Assembly: GCA_950097015.1 (NCBI GenBank)
Contig: CATNEN010000029.1
Coordinates: 682,001 to 746,000 of the forward strand
DNA: 64,000 bases
Direction of reading: 5' to 3'
DNA from: Macrostomum hystrix
Lineage: Eukaryota; Animalia; Platyhelminthes
Part shown: positions 19,964 to 30,974 of the stretch, piece after piece
Layout of the letters: the number at the start of each line of letters is the position of its first letter
Numbering within the stretch: the first letter of the stretch is position 1
Made by a program: the position numbers and the translations under genes
The notes under the pieces: generated by a model
Databases searched by the model: none
What the model was told of the DNA's origin: nothing
The model's input: only the letters and a program-made list of their open reading frames with translations

Positions 19964-21290
19964 CCTGCAGTCGCTGTGGAAAGTGTCGGATGTCGATCAA
20001 AGCCTGTGAGAGATGTGCTGCGAATATCGGAAGACTTTGTGAATGTGTTCAGTCTCTTCAGTGAGGCCTCTATATACTGGTTAGGGCACGTTGCTGTGAT
20101 TCTTCCGTCTGTCTGCACGTTACCTCGTAATTAGTTTTCTGTTTTCCTAAAATAATTGCGTCTTTTGGGCTGAGTTGCGCAATCGCTCACAGTTTAGACA
20201 CAGAATAATTTCTCAGCAGTATCGTCTAAGCTGGAACTGTCAGTAGCGGTCCCACGTAATTGGGAAATACGAGTAATTGGGAACTGATCAGTGATCAACT
20301 GCAGTGTGAAAGTGGAGCTTGTACCGATCCCGCTGTACCGAGCCTCGCTGGATGCTGGGGTTGGATGTGCAAGTTTCAGTTGCTATGCAAATTTATGGGC
20401 AGGTCCCGTATATTTTTCTCACCTCACTTTAGTTCATAGCATTTACTTCCCCCATGACTCACAAGTTTTCATCCTGCAGACACATCTCACTGATAATAGA
20501 CAATTCTGAGGCATCGGTGAGCAAACTGCTCAGCAAATCACGCGACTCTATTCTCCAGGTTTGAGAAGGCACTAAAATTTCAGCATTACCCCACACCCCA
20601 CAACTAAGCACCTCACACTATACATGTTAAGACCTGGGAAGCAGGAGACAGGAACAACTTTAACTTTCCTACTGCAGTTGAGCACTGATCCTAATTATTT
20701 TGTGAAAGACAAGATTCAGTGACTTTCAAAAAAGCTTCAGACCATGCTTTAAAATGCTCTGAAAAAAGGTTGTTGGTTACGTGGGACCGCTACTGACAGT
20801 TCCAGCTTAGACGATATACTGAGAAATTATTCTGTGTCTAAACTGTGAGCGATTGCGCAACTCAGCGCAACTGACCAATTAATCTCACGAAAACAGGAAA
20901 ATAATTAACGTGCAGACAGACGGAAGTATCACAGCAACGTGCCCTAACCAGTATATAGAGGCCTCACTGAAGAGACTGAACACATTCACAAAGTCTTCCG
21001 ACATTCGCAGCACATCTCTCACAGGCTTTGATCGACATCAGATACTTTCCACAGCGACTGCAGAATGAACTCGACTGCGCACCTGACTGCCGCCATCCTG
21101 GCTGCTTGGTGAGTCCGTCAGCTCTGCTGTAGCTTGCCCTCGGACACTGGCGATTCTAGACATTGTTTAGCGCCGGGGACTCAGATTCCAGGGTAGGTGC
21201 GCTAAGTATGTAGATCAGATGATTCGGTTTGCCGCAATCTCTATTACCATATCCATGTTTAGAAGGCCTCGCAAAATGCAAAAGCCCCAG
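19740..21290. repeat. Inverted duplication: arms of about 19740-20259 and 20777-21290 around a 517 bp unique spacer (shared divergent promoter region)
   Basis: Direct reverse-complement reading shows near identity except one ~45 bp patch; homology continues through the intron arrays into exon 2. Confidence 0.93.
20850..20960 (+). promoter_or_regulatory. Promoter of gene B: TATA-like tatatag (about 20952) and C/EBP-type ATTGCGCAA (about 20852); mirrored at about 20070-20185 for gene A
   Basis: Motifs read directly; TATA lies about 110 bp upstream of the ATG in both copies. Confidence 0.55.
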
Positions 21291-21818
21291 ACACCGCTTC
21301 CCCTTTCATTGCAGCTTCCTCAACATCCGCCTAGCCCCAGACACCGCTTCCCCTCTCACTGCAGCCTCTGCAACATCCATCAAGCCACAGACACCGCTTC
21401 CCCTCTCACTGCAGCCTCTGCAACATCCATCAAGCCACAGACACCGCTTCCCCTCTCACTGCAGCCTCTGCAACATCCGCCTAGCCCCTGACTCCGCTTC
21501 CCCTCTCACTGCAGCCTCTTCGCCGCTGCCAACTGCTCAGAGAGCTGCAGCACGTTTGGCGAAGAGAAAATTGCGGGCAACAAGCTGTGCAGGTGCAGCT
21601 ACAACTACATTCGCGGCCGCAGGAGCAAAGACCTGCAGTGGGTCTGCCGTCTGTACGGCTGCGAGCGCTACAGCAAAACCGAGGGTCGGAATGTGTTCTA
21701 CCAACCTGGCGACTTCGTGATCGAGGACGGTCTCAGATGCGACTGCGTGGAGGGCACGGACCGCAGGCTGATGGACGGGTACACTTTCTACCACATGCGG
21801 TGCATTAAAACTGAGTGA
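21065..21818 (+). CDS. Orphan secreted cysteine-rich protein B (115 aa), paralog of A
   Basis: Exon 1 21065-21108 (MNSTAHLTAAILAAC; donor gtgagt) and exon 2 21515-21818. LFAAANC then SESCSTFGEEKIAGNKLCRCSYNYIRGRRSKDLQWVCRLYGCERYSKTEGRNVFYQPGDFVIEDGLRCDCVEGTDRRLMDGYTFYHMRCIKTE*. Confidence 0.87.
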
Positions 21819-21977
21819 ACTGGCTCATGTCACGTGACCTGTGCTGACTGACTGCCCTCTTGGTGTCTGGGCTATGAAATGCTGTCTTTTTTATGTTGCC
21901 ACATCCTCGACTTTGGCAAATATACTTTGCTGTTTCAATACTTGGTGCGGTGCAGGGTAGAGTACAATTTGACTTTT

Positions 21978-23075
21978 TGAAGAATCAATCCCCTGATAAT
22001 CAATTTCTAACTAAGAATCAATGCCTAGATAATCCACCCCTAAAAGAGAATCAATCCCCTGATAATCCACCCCTAAAAGAGAATCAATCCCTAGATAATC
22101 CCATCCTAAAAGAGAATCAATCCCCAGATAATCCCATCCTAAAAGAGAATCAATCCCTAGATAATCCCATCCTAAAAGAGAATCAATCCCTAGATAATCC
22201 CATCCTAAAAGAGAATCAATCCCCAGATAATCGCATCCTAAAAGAGAATCAATCCCCAGATAATCCACCCCTAAAAGAGAATCAGTCCCCAGATAATCGC
22301 ATCCTAAAAAAGAATCAATCCCCAGATAATCCCATCCTAAAAGAGAATCAATCCCCAGATAATCCCATCCTAAAAGAGAATCAATCCCCAGATAATCGCA
22401 TCCTAACAGAGAATCAATCCCTAGATAATCCACCCCTAAAAGAGAATCAATCCGCAGATAATCCCATCCTAAAAGAGAATCAATCCCTAGATAATCCACC
22501 CCTAAAAGAGAATCAATCCCCAGATTATCCCATCCTAAAAGAGAATCAATCCCCTGATAATCCACCCCTAGAAAAGAATCAATCCCTAGATAATCCACCC
22601 CTAAAAGAGAATCAATCCCCAGATAATCCCATCCTAAAAGAGAATCAATCCCCAGATAATCCACCCCTAGAAAAGAATCAATCCCCAGATAATCCACCCC
22701 TAAAAGAGAATCAATCCCCAGATAATCCCATCCTAAAAGAGAATCAATCCCCAGATAATCCACCCCTAGAGAAGAATCAATCCCCAGATAATCCTATCCT
22801 AAAAGAGAATCAATCCCCAGATAATCCACCCCTAAAAGAGAATCAATCCCCAGATAATCCCATCCTAAAAGAGAATCAATCCCCAGATAATCCACCCCTA
22901 GAGAAGAATCAATCCCCAGATAATCCACCCCTAAAAGAGAATCAATCCCCAGATAATCCCATCCTAAAAGAGAATCAATCCCCAGATAATCCACCCCTAA
23001 AAGAGAATCAATCCCCAGATAATCCACCCCTAAAAGAGAATCAATCCCCAGATAATCCACCCCTAAAAGAGATCA
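21978..23075 (+). repeat. 33 bp minisatellite (ccccagataatccacccctaaaagagaatcaat), right flank of the gene pair; same family and orientation as 15178-17292
   Basis: About 33 copies with no visible indels. Confidence 0.95.
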
Positions 23076-23659
23076 ATCTTGCTCGAGATAATCCTATTGG
23101 AGAATTAACTCCGACAAAGAATGTATAATCCTGAAATCAATAATCAGTTCATCCATAAAATCCTTAAGTCTAGAGCAAATTTAACCTGAAAATAATTAAA
23201 TCAATCAATCTTTTAGAAGCTATACTAAAAGACTGTCTATTGGCCAGCTAGCACAGTTAGTTACAGCGATTCCAATTGAGACAGACACGCATGCTGTGGG
23301 CCAATGATAGTTAGTTTCCCACTGTCGCGATCCCCCAGCCAACTTAATGGCATTGTAAGACAGGATTCGTTTTTTGATTCCTTAATTTGCAAGTTTCTCA
23401 GCCGTACCGTACTGTAGCTGAGCATAGTCGGGCGTTTAAATTATTGAATTAATCTAAATGTGTATGCGCCCATGCATATATTAGTTTTTACTGACACTAA
23501 GAGGGCCTTGTTAGTACATTTGATTGTATTCCACTGCTCACAAGCTTGAAATATTGCAGCTGAAAGTACATCAAAGTGCGATTAAGGTGAGCATGCAAAG
23601 AAAATTTAATACTCCTTATCAGAAGCTGATAACAACTGTTAAACTATCATGCGATTATT

Positions 23660-24860
23660 TTCCATGATTACCCACCTGTTATTCAGTACCTTCCATGATT
23701 ACCCACCTGTTATTCAGTACCTTCCATGATTACCCACCTGTTATTCAGTACCTTCCATGATTACCCACCTGTTATTCAGTACCTTCCATGATTACCCACA
23801 TGTTATTCAGTACCTTCCATGATTACCCACCTGTTATTCAGTACCGTCCATGATTACCCACCTGTTATTCAGTACCTGTTATTCAGTACCTTCCATGATT
23901 ACCCACCTGTTATTCAGTACCTTCCATGATTACCCACCTGTTATTCAGTACCGTCCATGATTACTCACCTGTTATTCAGTACACCTTCCATGATTACCCA
24001 CCTGTTATTCAGTACCTTCCATGATTACCCACCTGTTATTCAGTACCGTCCATGATTACTCACCTGTTATTCAGTACACCTTCCATGATTACCCACCTGT
24101 TATTCAGTACCTTCCATGATTACCCACCTGTTATTCAGTACCTTCCATGATTACCCACCTGTTATTCAGTACCGTCCATGATTACTCACCTGTTATTCAG
24201 TACACCTTCCATGATTACCCACCTGTTATTCAGTACCTTCCATGATTACCCACCTGTTATTCAGTACCTTCCATGATTACCCACCTGTTATTCATTACCT
24301 TCCATGATTACCCACCTGTTATTCAGTACCTTCCATGATTACCCACCTGTTATTCAGTACCTTCCATGATTACTCACCTGTTATTCAGTACCTTCCATGA
24401 TTACCCACCTGTTATTCAGAACCTTCCATGATTGCCCACCTGTTATTCAGTATCTTCCATGATTGCCCACCTGTTATTCAGTATCTTCCATGATTACCCA
24501 CCTGTTATTCAGTACCTTCCATGATTACTCACCTGTTATTCAGTATCTTCCATGATTACCCACCTGTTATTCAGTACCTTCCATGATTACTCACCTGTTA
24601 TTCAGTATCTTCCATGATTACCCACCTGTTATTCAGTACCTTCCATGATTACTAACCTGTTATTCAGTACCTTCCATGATTACTCACCTGTTATTCAGTA
24701 TCTTCCATGATTACTCACCTGTTATTCAGTACCTTCCATGATTACTCACCTGTTATTCAGTACCTTCCATGATTACTCACCTGTTATTCAGTACCTTCCA
24801 TGATTACTCACCTGTTATTCAGTATCTTCCATGATTACTCACCTGTTATTCAGTACCTTC
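23660..24860 (+). repeat. 31 bp minisatellite (ttccatgattacccacctgttattcagtacc)
   Basis: About 38 copies. Confidence 0.95.
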
Positions 24861-25974
24861 TGTACTCTGTTGCCTTCATCATTATTTTATTACTCGACGA
24901 ATTTCCGTGTTCGCAGTAAAAGAAGCGAATTTCTTTCGAGCAAGCAATCCCATCTCAGGTGTGAAGTGTCTCATGGGCATTCAGTCTAAGTAACTCAAGA
25001 CTTACGTTGACGTTGACTCTCAGTTAAAAACAAGAGCTGTCAATCAAAGAAGCCAAGACTCATATTTCCATTACCCCGAGATGGCAACTGTTCCAATTTC
25101 AATTGTCAATTTTTGGACAATCGATTTTTTAACGTCTTTCGTTGATTTTTCTACGATTTGTCATTTGATATTTATGAGCCGTTCTTAAATGATACAGCCT
25201 ATTCACAGAAAGCAAAGCAGAAAAAACGCTATTTGAATTACGATCTAAAATGGTTTCTAGGAAATACACCAAAAGCTAGTCCCATTCGGCTGCCTGTCCA
25301 TTTGCTCTAGGAATTTGGCACTGGATCGGGCCAAAAAAGCTGCTCTTGCGTCTCGCACCACCCACCCCACCTCAATCCGCTTTGATCAGCCTTGGTTGGG
25401 CAATAAAAAAAATTGTAAAAAATGAGCTGACGCTTTACGTAGTCAGTGTGAGCACGCCAGTTGAGTGCCCCTCTGTGTCTCCGCTTCTCTCCGCGTTTCC
25501 CTCGATCGATCTGGACGATCCGGATCTGCTTGACCAGAAATTGATTGTTTCACTTTTTGTCTTTCGGCGCTTTTTTCTAAATCCAGGGTTTTTTTATCCG
25601 CCAATAATAATTTTGACAAGCCGAGTAAATAATTATTATAATTGATGTTCTTTATCGATTTCAATGGTCCGGTTATGCAAAATTAAAATAGCATTGAATT
25701 TATTTTGCACAAATTAACTTCGCTTGAGGGCCTGGGGTGGGTGGCAGGTTCCAAACTCTCCAGCCAATCCGAGTGCGAGAGGTGGGGCAAAGGGTGAGTG
25801 ATATTAAAAATTGTCTAGCCAATCACAACCCGGCAATGAGAGAAGGGGCCTCACAGATCACTGATCTCACTTTATCTTGGTGCAATTACCGCGTTTTCTG
25901 CCTCAGTAGTCGCAACACACAATGAGTTAATTTTATATGATTTTCCTAAATTTCTCAGATTTCTACGCTAACAG

Positions 25975-28900
25975 ATGAGACTAGCCGATCATGTATTCTC
26001 ATTCCTCCGAATGACCTGCTGTCTGCTGTCATCGTTGCTAGTGCTGCCGCCGGCAGCCCTGGCAACTGGGCTGAACTGCTCCAGCTTCAATGAAGGTGTC
26101 ATTGTCGACATCTCCATGAAATATGAAGGCAAGCAGAATTTTATTGGCTATGAACCGGAACTTCCAACTGTGTCTGGTCCAGAGTTTATTAGCTCGAACC
26201 ACACAAACTTCAAAATTATCTATATCAATATCAAACATAGCACGAAGTAAAAAAAACCCGAAATTCAGAAACCCACAATCCCAAAATTTCACGAAACTCA
26301 CATTTTCGCAAATACAGAAACCCTAAACCCGAAACCTCATAAACCCGAAACCTCATAAACCCGAAACCTCATAAACCCGAAACCTCATAGACCCGAAACT
26401 TCATAAACCAGAAACTTCAAAGACCCGAAACTTCATAGAACCCGAAACTTTATAGACACGAAACTTCATAAACCAGAAACTTCAAAGACCCGAAACTTCA
26501 TAGACCCGAAACTTCATAGACCCGAAACTTTATAGACACGAAACTTCATAGACCCGAAACTTTATAGACACGAAACTTCATAAACCAGAAACTTCATAAA
26601 CCAGAAACTTCAAAGACCCGAAACTTCATAGACCCGAAACTTTATAGACACGAAACTTCATAAACCAGAAACTTCATAAACCAGAAACTTCATAAACCAG
26701 AAACTTCATAAACCAGAAACTTCATAGACCCGAAACTTTATAGACACGAAACTTCATGAACCAGAAACTTCATAAACCAGAAACTTCATAAACCAGAAAC
26801 TTCATAAACCAGAAACTTCAAAGACCCGAAACTTCATAGACGCGAAACTTCATAGACCCGAAACTTCTGTCATTCCGGAACATTCATTAAATTTCCGTAA
26901 GATTCTCAAGCCCTATTTCTGTTAAAACTTTTCGTTCCGTGACCAATTTTCAATAGTCTGTGCGACTATGCTGTCTGTCTGATGATGTCTGTATGACGCA
27001 GTGCTGCGTCGATAAATTATTTACAATAGTTGTAAAATTGACAATACTGTATAGCTGTGAGGCTAGTTAATGAAACGACGCCCATACAACTAATTCCCTT
27101 CACACAGTTCCAGCACCTACAATGAGTTCCTAATGTGCTATAATGAGATCAAAACATTCTGGATCATTTTCCACAGCCGTGGCCTCGTCAATCATCAGCT
27201 TCACGGGCGGCCGACTCAGCCCTGCTAACCTCAGCGTTGCCAACTACTCCGGCGTCAACGGAGCAGCCAGCTTCCTGCTGCTGCATCCGGCATCCGGACT
27301 GCCGGCCTGCACCTGCGGAGCCGCCAATCAGAGCCTGGCCCACAATGCCAGCTGGAGACTCAGCTGCACTGCGTAAGATGAAGCTGGAACACCCTGGTCT
27401 CATTGTCTGAGACTAGATTAGCTGGGCCTATCCGTTCTACTCAATCATCTTAGAATAGACTAGCAATACAGTACATTCCTCCATCTGAGAATAGTCTAGA
27501 AATCTAGTACATTCCTCCATCTGAGAATAGACTAGCAATCCAGTACATTCCTCCATCTGAGAATAGACTAGCAATCCAGTACATTCCTCCATCTGAGAAT
27601 AGACTAGCAATCCAGTACATTCCTCCATCTGAGAATAGACTAGAAATCTAGTACATTCCTCCATCTGAGAATAGACTAGCAATCCAGTACATTCCTCCAT
27701 CTGAGAATAGACTAGCAATCGAGTACATTCCTCCATCTGAGAATAGACTAGCAATCTAGTACATTCCTCCATCTGAGAATAGACTAGCAATCCAGTACAT
27801 TCCTCCAGCTTCCAGGCTCCGCAGCCTCCGTGGCCAACATTCGCGGGCTGTCGGTGGCACGTGACTGCTAACGGGCTGCTATTCGAGGTGGACTCGACTA
27901 ACAGCAGCCTGGTGTGCCTGAACTCGGCCACAATGACCGTTGTGCCAGCCTTGTTTCGTCAGAACTGGTCCGCCAGAGTCACACCCGGCCAGACCAACGT
28001 GGTGTTCAACACGTACCAGTACACACTGACTGAGGGTTAGCCAACACTCATTGTGCTCATTGTGCTATAACTTCGAGACCAGAGGGTAGTTCAAATTCAA
28101 ACCTCCATATTGGTTCAAAAATGAAAAAAAAGCAAATGACTCAATCCAAATTAGTCAATAATGATAGCTGACTTGGTTACATGATGAAATTTTTCCAACA
28201 GTAGTTTTGCCAACAGTCACCCCAACGAGAATCATTGATCAATGTCTTTGTGATTCTGGAAGTTGTTTAAAAAAATTGAGTGCTTAACTAAAAAGGCTGA
28301 AAAATACTGCCGCAGATTTCAACTCCAAGCAGTACATCGGCTTCTTGGCCGACTTACTGATCAATCAACTCCGGCCTGTGAGGTCTTTGCTGATTGGCTG
28401 GCAAAGCAACCAATCAGAGCTGAGGTATCGGCCCTACCTGGGCTGGTCCGAGCGCTGCCTACACGAATGCCTGGCTACTTACAAGGCCAACTCGGTGTAC
28501 GAGACAATTCAACAGGATTGCTACAGGTAAATTACAGGTGCTGCTTGCTCAGTGCGTGATTTTTTTCACACCTGGTTTTCATACTTTAAGTAGTAGTTGC
28601 TGCTTCTAAAAATGTTATTTTGAACACTAAATATTTTTTACAAGAGTTCCTCCGCCGCCGGTGTTGGCGTCAGGCGTCCTTGGCAACAACTGCGTCTGGA
28701 CATTTGCCATCGACTGCTCACCGATTCTGGTGCAGCGTGACAACAGGACCCTGCCCTGCACTGACATGTGAGCTGCTTGTTGACTCTGAGTGGGCTGATC
28801 ACCCAAGCATTCACCCATCCCACTCTAGCATTCACCCTTTCCACCAACGCATTCACCCATCCCGCCCAAGCATTCACCCATCCCGCCCAAGCATTCACCC

Positions 28901-29520
28901 ATCCCACTCTAGCATTCACCCATCCCACTCTAGCATTCACCCATCCCACTCTAGCATTCACCCATCCCACTCTAGCATTCACCCATCCCACCATAGCATT
29001 CACCCATCCCACTCTAGCATTCACCCATCCCACTCTAGCATTCACCCATCCCACCATAGCATTCACCATTTCCACCAAAGCATTCACCCATCCCGCCCAA
29101 GCATTCACCCATCCCGCCCAAGCATTCACCCATCCCACTCTAGCATTCACCCATCCCACCATAGCATTCACCCTTTCCACCAAAGCATTCACCCATCCCG
29201 CCCAAGCATTCACCGGAATCTCTACTAGATGGAGTTATTGAATTCACCTTGAGCACACTACTCCAGTCACAAACCTGTTCACCAGCGCTGAATCCACAGT
29301 CCAAGCGGCCAGCTCTACGCCAGGAAAAAGGGACGCAACCACACCAAATCCGGAGGCGCCTACTTGCAGTAGTACAACCGACACGCTGACAAAAGGCAGC
29401 ACGCGCAGGCCGGCTGACTCTTTGGCTAGGTCCTCCCAGCCGGTGGCTTCTACCGGATCTGCGGGCCGGTTGATGAAGGTACTGCTACTGAGCTATCTTG
29501 CTGTGCTCAAATTAGTGTGA
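25975..29520 (+). CDS. Orphan GPI-anchored surface glycoprotein (about 381 aa), 6 exons
   Basis: Exons 25975-26128 (GC donor), 27177-27372, 27809-28035, 28316-28526, 28645-28767, 29286-29520 sum to 1146 nt in one open frame. Features: signal peptide (MTCCLLSSLLVLPPAALA), many NxS/T sequons, several Cys, an S/T-rich stalk and a hydrophobic C-terminus ASTGSAGRLMKVLLLSYLAVLKLV* with no cytosolic tail. The exon 1 donor is the least certain junction. Confidence 0.72.
26325..26867 (+). repeat. 16 bp minisatellite (aaacccgaaacttcat) in intron 1 of the GPI gene
   Basis: About 33 copies. Confidence 0.9.
27455..27808 (+). repeat. 36 bp minisatellite (agtacattcctccatctgagaatagactagcaatcc) in intron 2 of the GPI gene, ending at the acceptor
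   Basis: About 10 copies; last unit reads cattcctccAG. Confidence 0.92.
28800..29214 (+). repeat. 21 bp minisatellite (cattcacccatcccactctag) in intron 5 of the GPI gene
   Basis: About 20 copies. Confidence 0.92.
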
Positions 29521-29984
29521 TCTCTTATTATCTGACAACTAATCAGTGCTCAAATCTCAAGAATCTTCATCTCGGTAGGATTATTCGGTTAGATGGTAAT
29601 CGCAGAAACTAAAGTTGCAACCCATCTGTCTTTTCTTTCTAATCCAGCGTACTTTCAACTGGTTTTCATCATTAAAAGAGATTTTTTTCATTCACCGGAA
29701 ATAGTTATTACTGCATTACAGTTAATATCTACCTCCCATATTTGCACTTATCTGACATTCTCATCTGGCCTTATGTTAGTAGACAGCCATGATACTATTA
29801 AACCTTGTTCAGATTCCACCGCTTGCCAGATATATTCCAATTCGTCTCCGTGATTTTAAAATATACGAGCTATAAAGAATACTTTCATTGGTTATTGAGT
29901 TGTTCATTGTTTTTTTGTTAAAGGAAGACTTTTAACTTACTCTCGCTTTTATTGTTCATTTTTAACCAGCCAAAACTTCATTCC

Positions 29985-30548
29985 TTTGATGTGCCGCTAC
30001 AACTCCATTCCTTTGATGAGTGGCCACCACAGAATATTTATATATATTTTGTGCCGTACCCACTAATAATTCCTTTGATAAGCCGCCACTACCTTATTCC
30101 GTTGATGAGCCGCCACTACCTTATTCCTTTGATGAGCCGCCACTACTCCATTCCTTTGATGAGCCGCCACTACTTTAATCTTTTGATGAGCCGCCACTAC
30201 TCCATTCCTTTGATGAGCCGCCACTACTTTAATCTTTTGATGAGCCGCCACTACTCCATTCCTTTGATGAGCCGCCACTACTCCATTACTTTGATGAGCC
30301 GCCACTAATCATTCCTTTGATGAGCCGCCACTACTCCATTCCTTTGATGAGCCGCCACTACTTTAATCCTTTGATGAGCCGCCACTACTTCATTCCTTTG
30401 ATGAGCCGCCACTACTTCAATCCTTTGATGAGCCGCCACTACTCCATTCCTTTGATGAGCCGCCACTACTTTAACCCTTTGATAAGCCGCCACTACTTCA
30501 TTCCTTTGATGAGCCGCAGCTACTTCAATACTTTGATTAGCCGCTACT
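29985..30548 (+). repeat. 27 bp minisatellite (ttcctttgatgagccgccactactcca)
   Basis: About 20 copies. Confidence 0.92.
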
Positions 30549-30974
30549 AGTTCACGATCTTAAAGGAATGTATTATCTACCTTAAGGTACAAGCGTACAT
30601 TTCTACAGATTGCTGTTTAATGAATTATTTAAGGCTTGTTGTCAAAGCCATTTTCTTTAACTTTATCTGCAGCTTAGCTCAATCTCTTGCACAGTTCATT
30701 GCACGCAACCTACAGACTATTCTGGCCACGTAATTTCATGGTATGATTTATTGAACACCGTTTCTGCAACATCGGAATCGGAAATCCTAGGCCCAACAAT
30801 AGCAACTCAGAGCGGCTCCAATCGATTCGGTGTCACGAAATACAGCAGTGGGCGGATGAGAATAAAGATAAATAATTTATATCCTTCCGGTTTTCTGTTG
30901 ACCATTGGCAGTTCTTGTACTTTTTTACATATGTGGTGGTTAATACAACCAATAGTTTATACTTACTCTCTCCA

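Noticed and set aside
21219-21256. Alternative first exon MIRFAAISITISI (also 19809-19772 on the minus strand) for the Cys proteins
   Set aside because: In phase and hydrophobic, but the donor gtttag is weak. The upstream ATG exon has gtgagt/gtaagt donors, a better signal peptide and suitable TATA spacing. Minor use cannot be excluded.
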